A DNA stretch of 64,000 nucleotides from Squalus acanthias. Taxonomy: Eukaryota. The notes below the pieces were generated by a model. The model was not told where the DNA came from. It searched no databases and saw only the letters and a list, made by a program, of their open reading frames with translations. Both the position numbers and the translations under genes were made by a program. How positions within the stretch are numbered: the first letter of the stretch is position 1; every line of letters begins with the position of its first letter. Below, piece by piece: positions 47,920 through 61,100 of the stretch. The stretch is taken from the NCBI GenBank assembly GCA_030390025.1, contig CM059432.1, forward strand, positions 120,158,001-120,222,000, written 5' to 3'.

Positions 47920-50900
47920 CAATGCATCAAGGAGATCCATTATTCCCAGGTGATCCATTACACCCAGGTGATCCAATGTTTTCAGGAGTTACATTACACC
48001 CTGGTGCTCCATTGTGCCCAGGCGATCCAATATGTCCAGGTGATCCAATGCACCCAGGTGATCCAATGCACCCAGGTGATCCAATGCACCCAGGTGATCC
48101 AATGCACCCAGGTGATCCAATGTTTTCAGGAGATACATTAACCTCAGGTGATCCATTATGCCCAGGTGATCCAATATGTCCAGGTGATCCAATGCACCCA
48201 GGTGATCCAGTACACCCAGGTGATCCAATGTTGCCCAAGTGATCCAATACACCCAGGTGATCCATTACTTCCAGGTGATCCAATATATCCTGGTCATTCA
48301 TTGCACCTAGGTGATCCAATGCTTCCAGGAGATCCATAATATGCAAGTGATCCATTACACCCAGATGGTCCATTACACTCAGGCGATCCAATGCATCCAG
48401 CAGATCAATTATTCGCAGGGGATCCATTACACCCAGTTGATCCAATACACACAGGTGATCCATTACACACAGGTGATCCAATGCAACCTGGAGTTCCATT
48501 AATCCCAGGTGATCCATTACACCCAGGTGATCCAAAGCGTCCAGAAGATCCATTATTTTCCGGGGATCCATTACCCCTAGGTAACCCATTACAACCAGTT
48601 GATCCATTACACCCAGGTGATCCAATACATCCAGGTGATCAATTACCCCCAGCGATCCATTGTGCCCAGGTGATCCAATATGCCCAGGTGATTCAATACA
48701 ACTAGGTGATCCATTACTCCAGGTGATCCATTACGCCCAGGTGATCCAATGCACCCAGGTGATCCATTATGTAAATGTGAACCAATACACCCAGGTGATC
48801 CTTCAAGTACAGGTGATCCAATGCAAACAGGTGATCCATTATGCCCAAGTGATCCATTATGTCCAAGTGATCCATGACACCCAGGTGATCTATTATACCA
48901 AAACAACCCATTACAACCAGGTGATTATTAAGACTAGGAGGTTCAATAAACCCAGGCGACGCCATTTGCCAAAGTGATCCATTATAACCAGGTGATCCAT
49001 TGCAACCGGGTGATCCATTACACCCAAATGATCCAATACATCCAGATGATCCATTACTCCCAGGTGATCCAATACACTCAGGTGATCCAGTACACTCATG
49101 TGATCCATTATGGTCAGGTGACCCAATACACCCAAGATATCGATTAGAACCAGGTGATCCATTAAGCCCCGGTGATCCATTACATCCAGGGGATACATTA
49201 TGCCCAAGTGATCCAATGCAGCCAGATGATCCAGTACATCCAGGTGATCGAATATGCCCAGGTGATCAATTTTGGCTGAGTGATCCAATACACCGAGGTG
49301 ATCCATTACATCCAGGTGTTCCACCACACCCTAGTGATCCATTATGCCCAGGTGATCCATAAACTGAGTGGATCCAATAACCCCAGGTGATCCAGTACAC
49401 CCAGGTGATCCTGTGCAATCATGTGATCCATTATGACCAGATGATCATATATACCCAGGTGATCCAATACACCCTGGTGTTTCATTACACCCAGGTGATC
49501 CATTACGCCCAGGTGATCCAATACACTCAGGTGATCCATTGTGCCCAGGTGATCCAAAATGACCATGTGATCCATTACACCCAGATGATCCAATGCACCC
49601 AGATGATTCATTACACACAGGTTTTCCATTACACACAGGTGATCCATTACACCTTGGTGATCCAATGCATCCAGCTGATCTAGTACACTCATGTGATCCA
49701 TAATGCTCAAGTGATCCAATACACCCAGGAGATCCATTTCACCCAGGTGATCCAATACACACAGGTGATCCATTATACCTTGGTGATCCAATGCATCCTG
49801 GAGATCCATTATTCTCAGATAATACATTACATGCAGGTGATCCAATACACACAGGTGATCCAATACACCCAGATGATCCATTACACCTAGGTGATCCAAT
49901 GCACCCAGGTGATCCAATACACACAGGTGATACATTACACAAAGGTGATCCAATGCATACAGGAACTCCATTATTCCCAGTTGATCCATTACACACAGGT
50001 GATCCAATTCATCACAGGAGATACATTATTCCAGGTGATCCATTACACCCAGGTGATCCAATGCTTTCAGAGGATGCATCACCCCCAGGTGATCCATTGT
50101 GCCCAGACGATTCAATATGCCCAGGTGATCCATTACATCAGGTGATCCAATGATTCCAGGACATCCATTATTCACAGGAAATGCATTACCACCAGGTAAC
50201 CCATTACAACCAGGCGATCAAATATGTCCAGGTGATCCAATACACCTAGATGATCCATTACTCCAGTTGATCCATTATGCCCAGGTGATCCCATATGCAC
50301 AGGTGATCCATTATGCCAAGGTGATCCAATACACCCAGGTGATCCTTTAAGCACATGTGATCCAATGCACCCAGGTGATCCATATTGCCCAAGTGATCCA
50401 TTACACCCAGGTGATCCATTATACCTAAATGATCCATTACAACCAGGTGATCCATTAAGACTAGGAGTTCAAGTACACCCGGGCAATACAATTTGCTGAA
50501 GTGATCCATTAGAACCAAGTGATCCATTGAGACCGGGTGATCCATTACACCCAGGTGATCCAATACACCCAGGTGATCCAATGCATCGAGGTGATCCAGT
50601 ACATGCATGTGATCCATTATGGTCAGGTGACCCAATACACCCAAGAAATGCATTAGTATCAGGTGATCCAATAGGCCCAGGTGATCCATTACACCCAGGT
50701 GATACATTATGACCAAGTTATCCAATGCACCCAGATGATCCAGTACACCCAGGTGACCCAATATGCCCAGGTGATCAATTTTGGCTGAGTGATCCCATAC
50801 ACCCAGGTGAGCCATTACATCCAGGTGATCCACCACACCGTGGTGATCCATTATGCCCAGGTGATCCATAAACTGAGGGAATCCAATAAGCCCAGGTGTT

Positions 50901-53900
50901 CCAATGGACCCAGGTGATCCATTACACCCTGGTCATTCATTGCACCTAGGTGATCCAATGCTTCCAGGAGATCCATAATTCCCAACTGATCCATTCCACC
51001 CAGGTGATCCAATACACACAGGTGATCCATTACACCCAGGTTATCCAATGCATCCAGGAGTTCCATTATTCCCAGGTGATCCATTACACCCAGGTGATCC
51101 AAAGCGTCCAGAAGATCCATTATTTGCAGCTGATCCAATACACCCAGGTGATCCATTACACCCAGGGGATCCATTGTGCCCAGGTGAACCAATACACCCA
51201 GATGATCCATAACACCAAGCTGATCCATTACACACAGCTGATCCAATATGCAAAAGTGATCCTTATACCCTGGTGATCCATGACACACAGGAGATCCATT
51301 ACACCTTGGTGATCTAATGCATTCAGGAGATCCATTATTCCCAGGTGATCCATTACACCCATGTGATCCAATACATCCAGGTGATCCATTACACCCAGAT
51401 GATCCAATAAACGCATTTGATCCATTAAACCAGGTGATCCAATGCATCCAGATGACCCATTATTGGCAGGAGATCTATTACCCCAGGTGATCCATTACAC
51501 CTAGGTGATCCATTACAACCAGGTGATCCATTGTGCCCAGGCTATCCAATATATCCAGATGATCCATTATGCCAGGTGATACAATGCTTCCATAAAATCC
51601 ATTATTCACAGGAGATGCATTACCCCCAGGTAACCCATTACAAGCAGGTGATCCATTACACCAGGTGATCCAATACATCCAGGTGATCCATTACCCCCAG
51701 GTGATCCATTGTGCCCAGGTGATCCAATACACCTAGGTGCTCCATTACTCCAGGTGATCCATTATGCCCAGGTGATCCCATATGCACAGGTGATCCATTA
51801 TGCCCAGTTGATCCAAATACACCCAGGTGATGCTTTAAGCACAGGTGATCCAATGCACCCAGGTAATCCATTTTGCCCAGGGATGCATTGTGCCCAGGTG
51901 ATCTAATACACCCAGGTGATCATTTACACCAAGCTGATCCATTGTGCCCAAGTGATCCAATGCACCAGGTGATCCATTACACCCAGGTGGTCCATTACAC
52001 CCAGGTGATCCAATGCATCCAGGAGTTCCCTCAATCCCAGGTGATCCATTACACCCAGGTGATCCAAAGCATCCAGAAGATCCATTATTTGCAGGGGATC
52101 CATTATCCCCAGGTAACGCATTACAACCAGTTGATCCATTACACCCAAATGATCCAAAACATCCAGGTGATCCATTATCCCCCAGGTTATCCATTGTGCC
52201 CAGGCAATCCAATATGCCCAGGTGATCCAATACACCTCAGTGATCTATTATTCCAGTTGATCCATTGTGCCCAGGTGATCCCATATGCACAGGTGATCCA
52301 TTATGCCCACGTGACCCAATATACCCAGGTGATCCTTTAAGCACATGTGATCCAATGCAACCAGGTGATCCATTACACCCAGGTGATCCATTGTACCAAA
52401 ATGACCTGTTACAACCAGGTGATCCATTAAGACTAGGAGTCCCAGTACACCCAGGTGATGCCATTTGCCAAGGTGATCCATTAGAACCAGGTGATCCATT
52501 AAGATTGGGTGATCGTTTACACCCAGGTGATCCAATATATCCAGTTGATCCCTTACACCCAGGTGGTCCAAATCACCCCGGTGTTCCAATGCATCCATGT
52601 GATCCAGTACACGCATGTGATCCATTAAGGTCAGGTGACCCAACACACCCAAGAAATCCATTGGAACCAGGTGATCCATTAAGCCCAGGTGATCCATTAC
52701 ACCCAGATAATCCAGCACACCCACGTGATCCGATATGCACAGGTGATCAATTCTGGCTGAGTGATCCAATACACCCAGGTGATCCATTTCATCCAGATGA
52801 TCCACTGCACCATGGTGATCCATTATGCCCAGGTGATCCATAAACCGAGGGGGTCCAATAAGCCCAGGTGATCCAATGCACCCAGCTGATCAATTACACT
52901 CAGGTGATCCAATTTTGCCCAAGTGATCCGATGCATCCAGGAGATCCATTATTCCCAGGTGATCCATTACATTCAGGTGATCCAAAGTATCCAGAAGTTC
53001 CATTATTTGCAGGGGATCCATTACCACAGGTGATCCATTACACTCAGGTGATCTAATACACCCAGGTGATCCTTTACACCCAGGGGACCCATGGTGCCCA
53101 GGTGATCCATTTTTGCCCAAGTAATCCAATGCATCCAGGAGATCCATTATTCCCAGGAGATCCATTACATTCAGGTGATCTGATGGATCCAGATGATCCA
53201 TTATTTGCAGAAGATCCATTACCCCAGGTGATCCATTACACCTAGGTGATCCAATACACCCAGGTGATCCATTACACCCAGGTGATCCAATACACACAGG
53301 TGATCCATTACAGGCAGGCAATCAAATGCATCCAGAAGATCCATTATTCACAGATGATCCATTACATCCAGGTGATCCAATGCATTCAGAAGATCCATTA
53401 TTTGCAGGAGATCCATTAAACCCAGGTGATCCAATACATCCAGGTGATCCATTAAACCAAGATGATCCATTACACCCAGGTGATCCAATACACACAGGTG
53501 ATCCAATACACCCAGGTGATCCTTTACACCCAGGGGACCCATGGTGCCCAGGTGATCCAATTTTGCCCAAGTAATCCAATGCATCCAGGAGATCCATTAT
53601 TCCCAGGAGATCCATTACATTCAGGTGATCTGATGGATCCAGATGATCCATTATTTGCAGAAGATCCATTGCCCCAGGTGATCCATTACACCTAGGGGAT
53701 CCAATACACCCAGGTGATCCATTACACCCAGGTGATCCAATACACACAGGTGATCCATTACATGCAGGCAATCAAATGCATCCAGAAGATTCATTATTCA
53801 CAGGTGATCCATTACATCCAGGTGATCCAATGCATTCAGAAGATCCATTGTGCCCAGGTGATCCAATAGGCCCAGGTGATCCATTACACCCAGATGATCC

Positions 53901-56900
53901 AATGCACTCAGGTGATCCATTGTGTCCAGGTGATCCATTACACCCAGATGATCCAATACACTCAGGTGACCCATTGTGCCCAGGTGATCCAATATGCCCA
54001 TGTGATCCATTACAACCAGATGATCCAATGCACCCAGATGATTCATTACACCCAGGTGAACCATTACACGTAGGTGATCCATTACACCCAGGTGATCCAA
54101 TGCATCCAGGTGATCTGGTACACTCATGTTATCCATTTCACCCACATGATCCAATACACACAGGCGATCCATTACACCTTGGTGATACAATGCATACAGG
54201 AGATCCAATATTCCCAGTTGCTCTATTACACCCAGATCATCCAATGCATCTAGGAGATCCATTATTCCCAGGAGATCCATTATATCCAGGTGATCCAATG
54301 CTTCCAGGAGATACATTAACCCCAGGTGATCCATTGTGCCCAGGCGATCCAATGCGTTCAGGATATCAATTATTCACAGGAGATCCATTACCCCCAAGTA
54401 AGCCATTACAACCAGGTGATCCATTACCCCCAGGTGATCCATTGTGCCCAGTCGATTCAATATGTCCAGGTGATCCAATGCATTCAGGAGATCCATTATT
54501 CCCAGGTGATGCATTACACACAGGTGACACAATACAAACAGTTAATCCATTACACCCAGGTGATCCAATTTATCCAATAGAGCATTATTCCCAGGTGATC
54601 CATTACACCCATGTGATCCAATACATCCAGGTGATCCATTACACCCAGATGATCCAATACACTCATTTGATATATTAAACCAGGTGATCCAATGCATCCA
54701 GACGATCCATTAGTGGCAGGAGATCCATTACACCCAGGTGATCCATTACACCCAGGTGATCCATTACACCCAGGTGATCCATTACACCCAGGTGATCCAT
54801 TACACCCAGGTGATCCAATACACACAGGTGATCCATTACACCCAGGTGATCCAATGCATCCAGAAGATACATTATTCACAGGTGATCCATTAGACCCAGG
54901 TGATCCAATGTATCCAGAAGATCCATTATTCGCAGGAGATCAATTACACCCAGGTGATCCAATACACACAGATGATCCATTCCATCAAGGTGAGCCAAAA
55001 CACCCAGGTGATCCAATGCATCCAGGTGATCCAGCACACTCATGTGATCCATTATGGTCAGGTGACCCAATACACCCAAGAGATCTATTAGAACCAGGGG
55101 ATCCATTAAGCCCAGGTGATCCTTTACACCCAGTTGATAACTTATGCGCAAGTGATCCAATACACCCAGGTGATCCATTACATCCAGGTGATCCACCACA
55201 CCCTGGTGATCCATTATGCCCAGGTAATCCATAAACTGAGGGGATCCAATAAGCCCAGGTGATCCAAAGCACCCAGGTTATCCAGTGCACTGAGGTGATC
55301 CAGTACAATCATGTGATCCATTATGGCCAGGTGTTCATATACACCCAGGTGCTCCAATACAGCCTGTTGATCCATTACACCCAGGTGATCCACTACACCC
55401 AGATGATGCAATACACCCAGGTGATCCATTGTGCCCAGGTGCTCCAATATGCCCAGGTGATCCATTACACCCGGATCATCCAATATACTCAGGTGATACA
55501 TTGTGCCCAGTTGATTCAATATGCCCAGGTGATCCATTAAACCCAGATGATCCAATACACTCAGGTGATCCACTGTGCCCAGGTGATCCAATATGCCCAG
55601 GTGGTCCTTTACACCCAGATGATACAATGCACTCAGGTGATCCATTGTGCCCAGGCAATCCAATATGCCCAGATGATCCAATGCACCCAGATGATTAATT
55701 ACACCAGGTGAACTGTTACACACAGGTGATCCATTACACCTAAGTGATCCAATACATCCAGGTGATCTAGTACACTCATGTGATCCATTTTGCCCAAGTG
55801 ATACAATACACCCAGGAGATCCATTCCACCCAGGTGATCCAATTCACACAGGTGATCCATTACACCTTGGTGATCCAAAGCATCCAGGAGATCCATTATT
55901 CTCAGGTATTCCATTAAATCCAGGTGATCCAATACACACAGGTGATCCAATACACCCAGATGATCCATTACACCTAGCTGATCCAATGCACCCAGGTGAT
56001 CCAATACACACAGGTGTTACATTTCACATAGGTGATACAATGTATACAGGAGATCCATTATTCCCAGTTGCCCCATTACGCCCAGGTGATCCAATGCATC
56101 CAGGAGATCCATTATTCCCAGATGAGCCATTACACACAGGTGATCCAATGCTCCCTGAGATACATTATGCCCAGGTGATCCATTGTGCCCAGACAATTCA
56201 ATATGTCCAGGTGATCCATTACACCAGGTGATGCAATGGTTTCAGGAAATCCATTATTCAAGGGGATCCTTTACCCCGTGGTAACCCATTCCAACCAGCT
56301 GATCCATTACACCCAGGTGATCCAATGCATCCAGGTGATCCATTAGAACCAGGTGATCCATTAAGCCCAGGTGATACATTATGCCTAAGTGATCCAATGC
56401 ACCCAGATGATCCAGTACACCCAGGTGATCCAATATGCCCAGGTGATCAATTTTGGCTGAGTGACCCAATACACCCAGGTGATCCATTATGTCCAGGTGA
56501 TCCATAATCTGAGGGGATCCAATAAGCCCAGGTGACCCAATGCACCCAGGTGATCCAGTACACACAGGCGATCCAATGTTGCCCAAGTGATCCACAAACT
56601 CGGGGGATCCAATAAGCCCATGTAATCCATTACACCCAGGTGATCGAATGCATCTATGAGTTCCATTAATCCCAGGTGATCCATTACACCCAGGTGATCC
56701 AAAGCATCTGGAGTATCCATTATTCGCAGGGGATCCATTACCCCCAGGCAACCCATTACAACCAGGTGATCCATTACACCCAGGTGATTCAATACATCCA
56801 GGTGATCAATTACCCCCAGGTGATCCATTGTGCCCAGGCAATCCAATATGCCCAGGTGATCCAATACACCTAGATGATCCATTACTCCAGGCGATCCATT

Positions 56901-57860
56901 ACACCCAGGTGATCCCATATGCCCATGTGATCCAATACACCCAGGTGATCCTTTAAGCACAGGTGATCCAATACACACAGGTGATCTGTTATGTCCAAGT
57001 GATCCATTACACCCAGGTGATCCATTATACCAAAATGACCCAGGTGATTATTAAGACTAGGAGTTCCAGTACACTCAGGCGATGCCATTTGCCGAAGTGA
57101 TCCATTAGAACCAGGTAATCCATTAAGACTGGGTGATCCATTACAAAGGTGATCCAATGCATCCAGATGATCCATTACACCCAGGTGACCCAATACACCC
57201 AGGTGATCCATTATGTTCAGGTGATCCACCACACCCTGTGATCCATTATGCCCAGGTGATCCATAATCTGAGGGGATCCAATAAGCCCAGGTGACCCAAT
57301 GCACCCAGGTGATCCAGTACACACAGGTGATCCAATTTTTCCCAAGTGATCCACAAACTCTGGGGATCCAATAAGCCCAGGTAACCCATTACACCCAGGT
57401 GATCCAATGCATCCAGAAGATGCATTACTCACAAGTGATCCATTACACCCAGGTGATCCAATACACACAGGTGATCCATTGTGCCGAAATGATCCCATAT
57501 GCACAGGTGATCCATTACACTCAGGTGATACAATGCATCAAGGAGATCCATTATTCCCAGGTGATCCATTACACCCAGGTGATCCAATGCTTTCAGGAGA
57601 TACAATACCCCCAGGTGATCCATTGTGCCTAGGCAATCCAATATGTCCAGGTTATCCAATGCATCCAGGTGATCCAGTACACCAAGGTGATCCAATTTTG
57701 CCCAAGTGATCCAATACACCCAGGTGATCCATTACACCCAGGTGATCCAATACACCCTGGTCATTCATTGCACCCAGGTGATCCAACGCTTCCAGGAGAT
57801 CCATAATTCACAAGTGATCCATTACACCCAGGTGATCCAACACACACAGGTGATCCATTA

Positions 57861-58178
57861 CACAGAATCACAGAATCCCCACAGTGCAGATAGAGGCCAT
57901 TTCGGCCCATCGAGCCTGCACCGACACATATCCCACCCTATCCCCGTAACCCCACATATTTAATCCCCCTAACACTAAGGTTCAATTTATCATAGCCACA
58001 TCAACCTAACCCGCACATCTTTGGACTGTGGGAGGAAACCGGAGCACCCGGAGGAAACCCACGCAGACACGGGGAGAATGTGCAAACTCCACACAGACAG
58101 TCATCCGAGGCCGGATTCGAACCCGTGTCCCTGGCGCTGTTAGGCGACAGTGCTAACTACTATGCCACCGTGTTGCCC
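57861..58178 (-). mobile_element. Full-length HE1-type V-SINE
   Basis: Head GGGCAACACGGTGGCATAGTAGTTAGCAC...GGTTCGAATCC; V-domain GTGTGGAGTTTGCACATTCTCCCCGTGTCTGCGTGGGTTTCCTCCGGGTGCTCCGGTTTCCTCCCAC; CR1/HER1-type tail with GATTCTGT repeats. Confidence 0.92.
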
Positions 58179-61100
58179 AAACCAGGTGATCCAATGCATC
58201 CATGAGTTCCATTCATCCCAGGTGATCCATTACACCCAGGTGATCCAAAGCATCTGGAGTATCCATTATTCACAGGGGATCCATTATCCCCAGGCAACCC
58301 ATTACAACCAGGTGATCCATTACACCCAGGTGATCCAATACATCCAGTTGATCAATTACCCCCAGGTGATCCATTGTGCCCACGCAATCCAACATGCTCA
58401 GGTGATCCAATACACCTAGATGATCCATTACTCCAGGTGATCCATTACACCCAGGTGATCCCATATGCACAGGTGTTCCATTATGCCCAGGTGATCCAAT
58501 ACACCCAGGTGATCCTGTAGGCACAGGTGATCCAATGCACACAGCTGATCTGTTTTGTCCAAGTGATCCATTACACCCAGGCGATCCATTATACCAAAAT
58601 GACCCAGGTGATTATTAAGACTAGGAGTTCCAGTACACCCAGGCGATGCCATTTGCCGAAGTGATCCATTAGAACCAGGTAATCCATTAAGACTGGGTGA
58701 TCCATTACAAAGGTGATCCAATGCATCCAGATGATCCATTACACCCAGGAGTTCCAACACACCCTGGTCATTCATTGCACCCAGGTGATCCAATGCTTCC
58801 AGGAGATCCATAATTCCCAAGTTATCCATTACATCCAGGTGATCCAATACATCCAGGTGATCAATTACCCCCAGGTGATCCATTGTGCCCAGGCAATCCA
58901 ATATGCTCAGGTGATCCAATAAACCTAGATGATACATTACTCCGGGTGATCCATTACACCCAGGTGATCCCATATGCACATGTGATCCATTATGCCCAGG
59001 TGATCCAATGCATCCAGGAGTTCCATTATTCCCAGGTGATCCATTACACCCAGGTGATCCAATACACTCAGGTGACCCATTGTGCCCAGGTGATCCAATA
59101 TGCCCAGATGATCCAATGCACCCAGGTGATCCATTACACATTGGTGATCCAATGCATCCAGGTGATCTAGTACACACATGTGATCCATCTTGCACAAGTG
59201 ATCCAATACGCCCAGGAGATCCATTCCACCCAGGTGATCCATTACATCTTGGTGAGCCAATGCATCAAGGGGATCCATTATTTTCAGGTAATCCATTACA
59301 TCCAGGTGATCCAATACACACAGGTGATCCAATACACCCAGATGATCCATTACACCTAGGTGATCCAATGCACCCAGGTGATCCAATACACACAGGTGAT
59401 CCAATACACCCAGATGATCCATTACATCTTGGTGATCCAATGCACCCAAGTGATCCAATACACACAGGTGATACGTTACACTTAGCTGATCTAATGCATA
59501 CCAGAGATCCATTATTCTCAGGTAATCCATTACATCCAGGTGATACAATACACACAGGTGATCCAATACACCCAGATGATCCATTACACAAAGGTAATCC
59601 AATACATACAGGAGATCCATTATTCCCAGTTGATCCATTACACATAGGTGAACCAATTCATCACAGGAGATTCATTATCCCCAGGTGATCCATTACACCC
59701 AGGTGATCCAATGCACCCAGGTGATCCAATACACCTAGATGATCCATTATCCCCAGGTGATCCAATTCACCTAGGTGATCCTTTAAGCACAGGTGATCCA
59801 ATGCACACAGGTGATCCGTTATGTCCAAGTGATCCATTACACCCAAGTGATCCATTATACCAAAATGACCCAGGTGATTATTAAGACTAGGAGTTCCAGT
59901 ACACCCAGACGATGCCATTTGCTGAAGTGATCCATTAGAACCAGGTAATCGATTAAGACTGGGTGATCCATTACAAAGGTGATCCAATGCATCCAGATGA
60001 TCCATTATTTCCAGGTGATCCACCACACGCTGGTGATCCATTATGCCCAGGTGATTGATAATCTGAGGGAATCCAATAAGCCCAGGTGACCCAATGCACC
60101 CAGGTGATCCAGTACACACAGGTGATCCAATTTTGCCCAAGTGTTCCACAAACTCTGGGGATCCAATAAGCCCAGGTAATCCATTACACCCAGGTGATCC
60201 AATGCACCCAGAAGATACATTACTCACAGGTGATCCATTACACCCAGGTGATCCCATGCATACAACTGATCCATTATTCACAGGAGATCCATTACACCCA
60301 GGTGATCCAATACACACAGGTGATCCATTGTGCCAAAATGAACCCATATGCACAGGTGATCCATTACACCCAGGTGATCCAATGCATCAAGGAGATCCAT
60401 TATTCCCAGGTGAGCCATTACACCCAGGTGATCCAATGCACCCAGAAGATACATTACTCACAGGTGATCCATTACACCCAGGTGATCCCATGCATACAAC
60501 TGATCCATTATTCACAGGAGATCCATTACACCCAGGTGATCCAATACACACAGGTGATCCATTGTGCCAAAATGAACCCATATGCACAGGTGATCCATTA
60601 CACCCAGGTGATCCAATGCATCAAGGAGATCCATTATTCCCAGGTGAGCCATTACACCCAGGTGATCCAATGCTGTCAGGAGATACATTATCCCAGGTGA
60701 TGCATTGTGCCCAGGCAATCCAATATGTCCAGGTGATCCAGTGCACCCAGGTGATCCAATTTTGCCCAAGTGATCCAATACACCCAGGTGATCAATTACA
60801 CCCAGGTGATCCAATACACCCTGGTCATTCATTGCACCCAGGTGATCCAACGCTTCCAGGAGATCCATAATTCACAAGTGATCCATTACAGCCAGGTGAT
60901 TCAACACACACACAGGTGATCCATTACACCCAGGTGATCGAATGCATCCATGAGTTCCATTAATCCCAGGTGATCCATTACACCCAGGTGATCCAGAGCA
61001 TTTGGAGTATCCATTATTTGCAGGGGATCCATTACCCCCAGACAACCCATTAGAACCAGGTGATCCATTACACCCAGGTGATCAATTACCCCCAGGTGAT

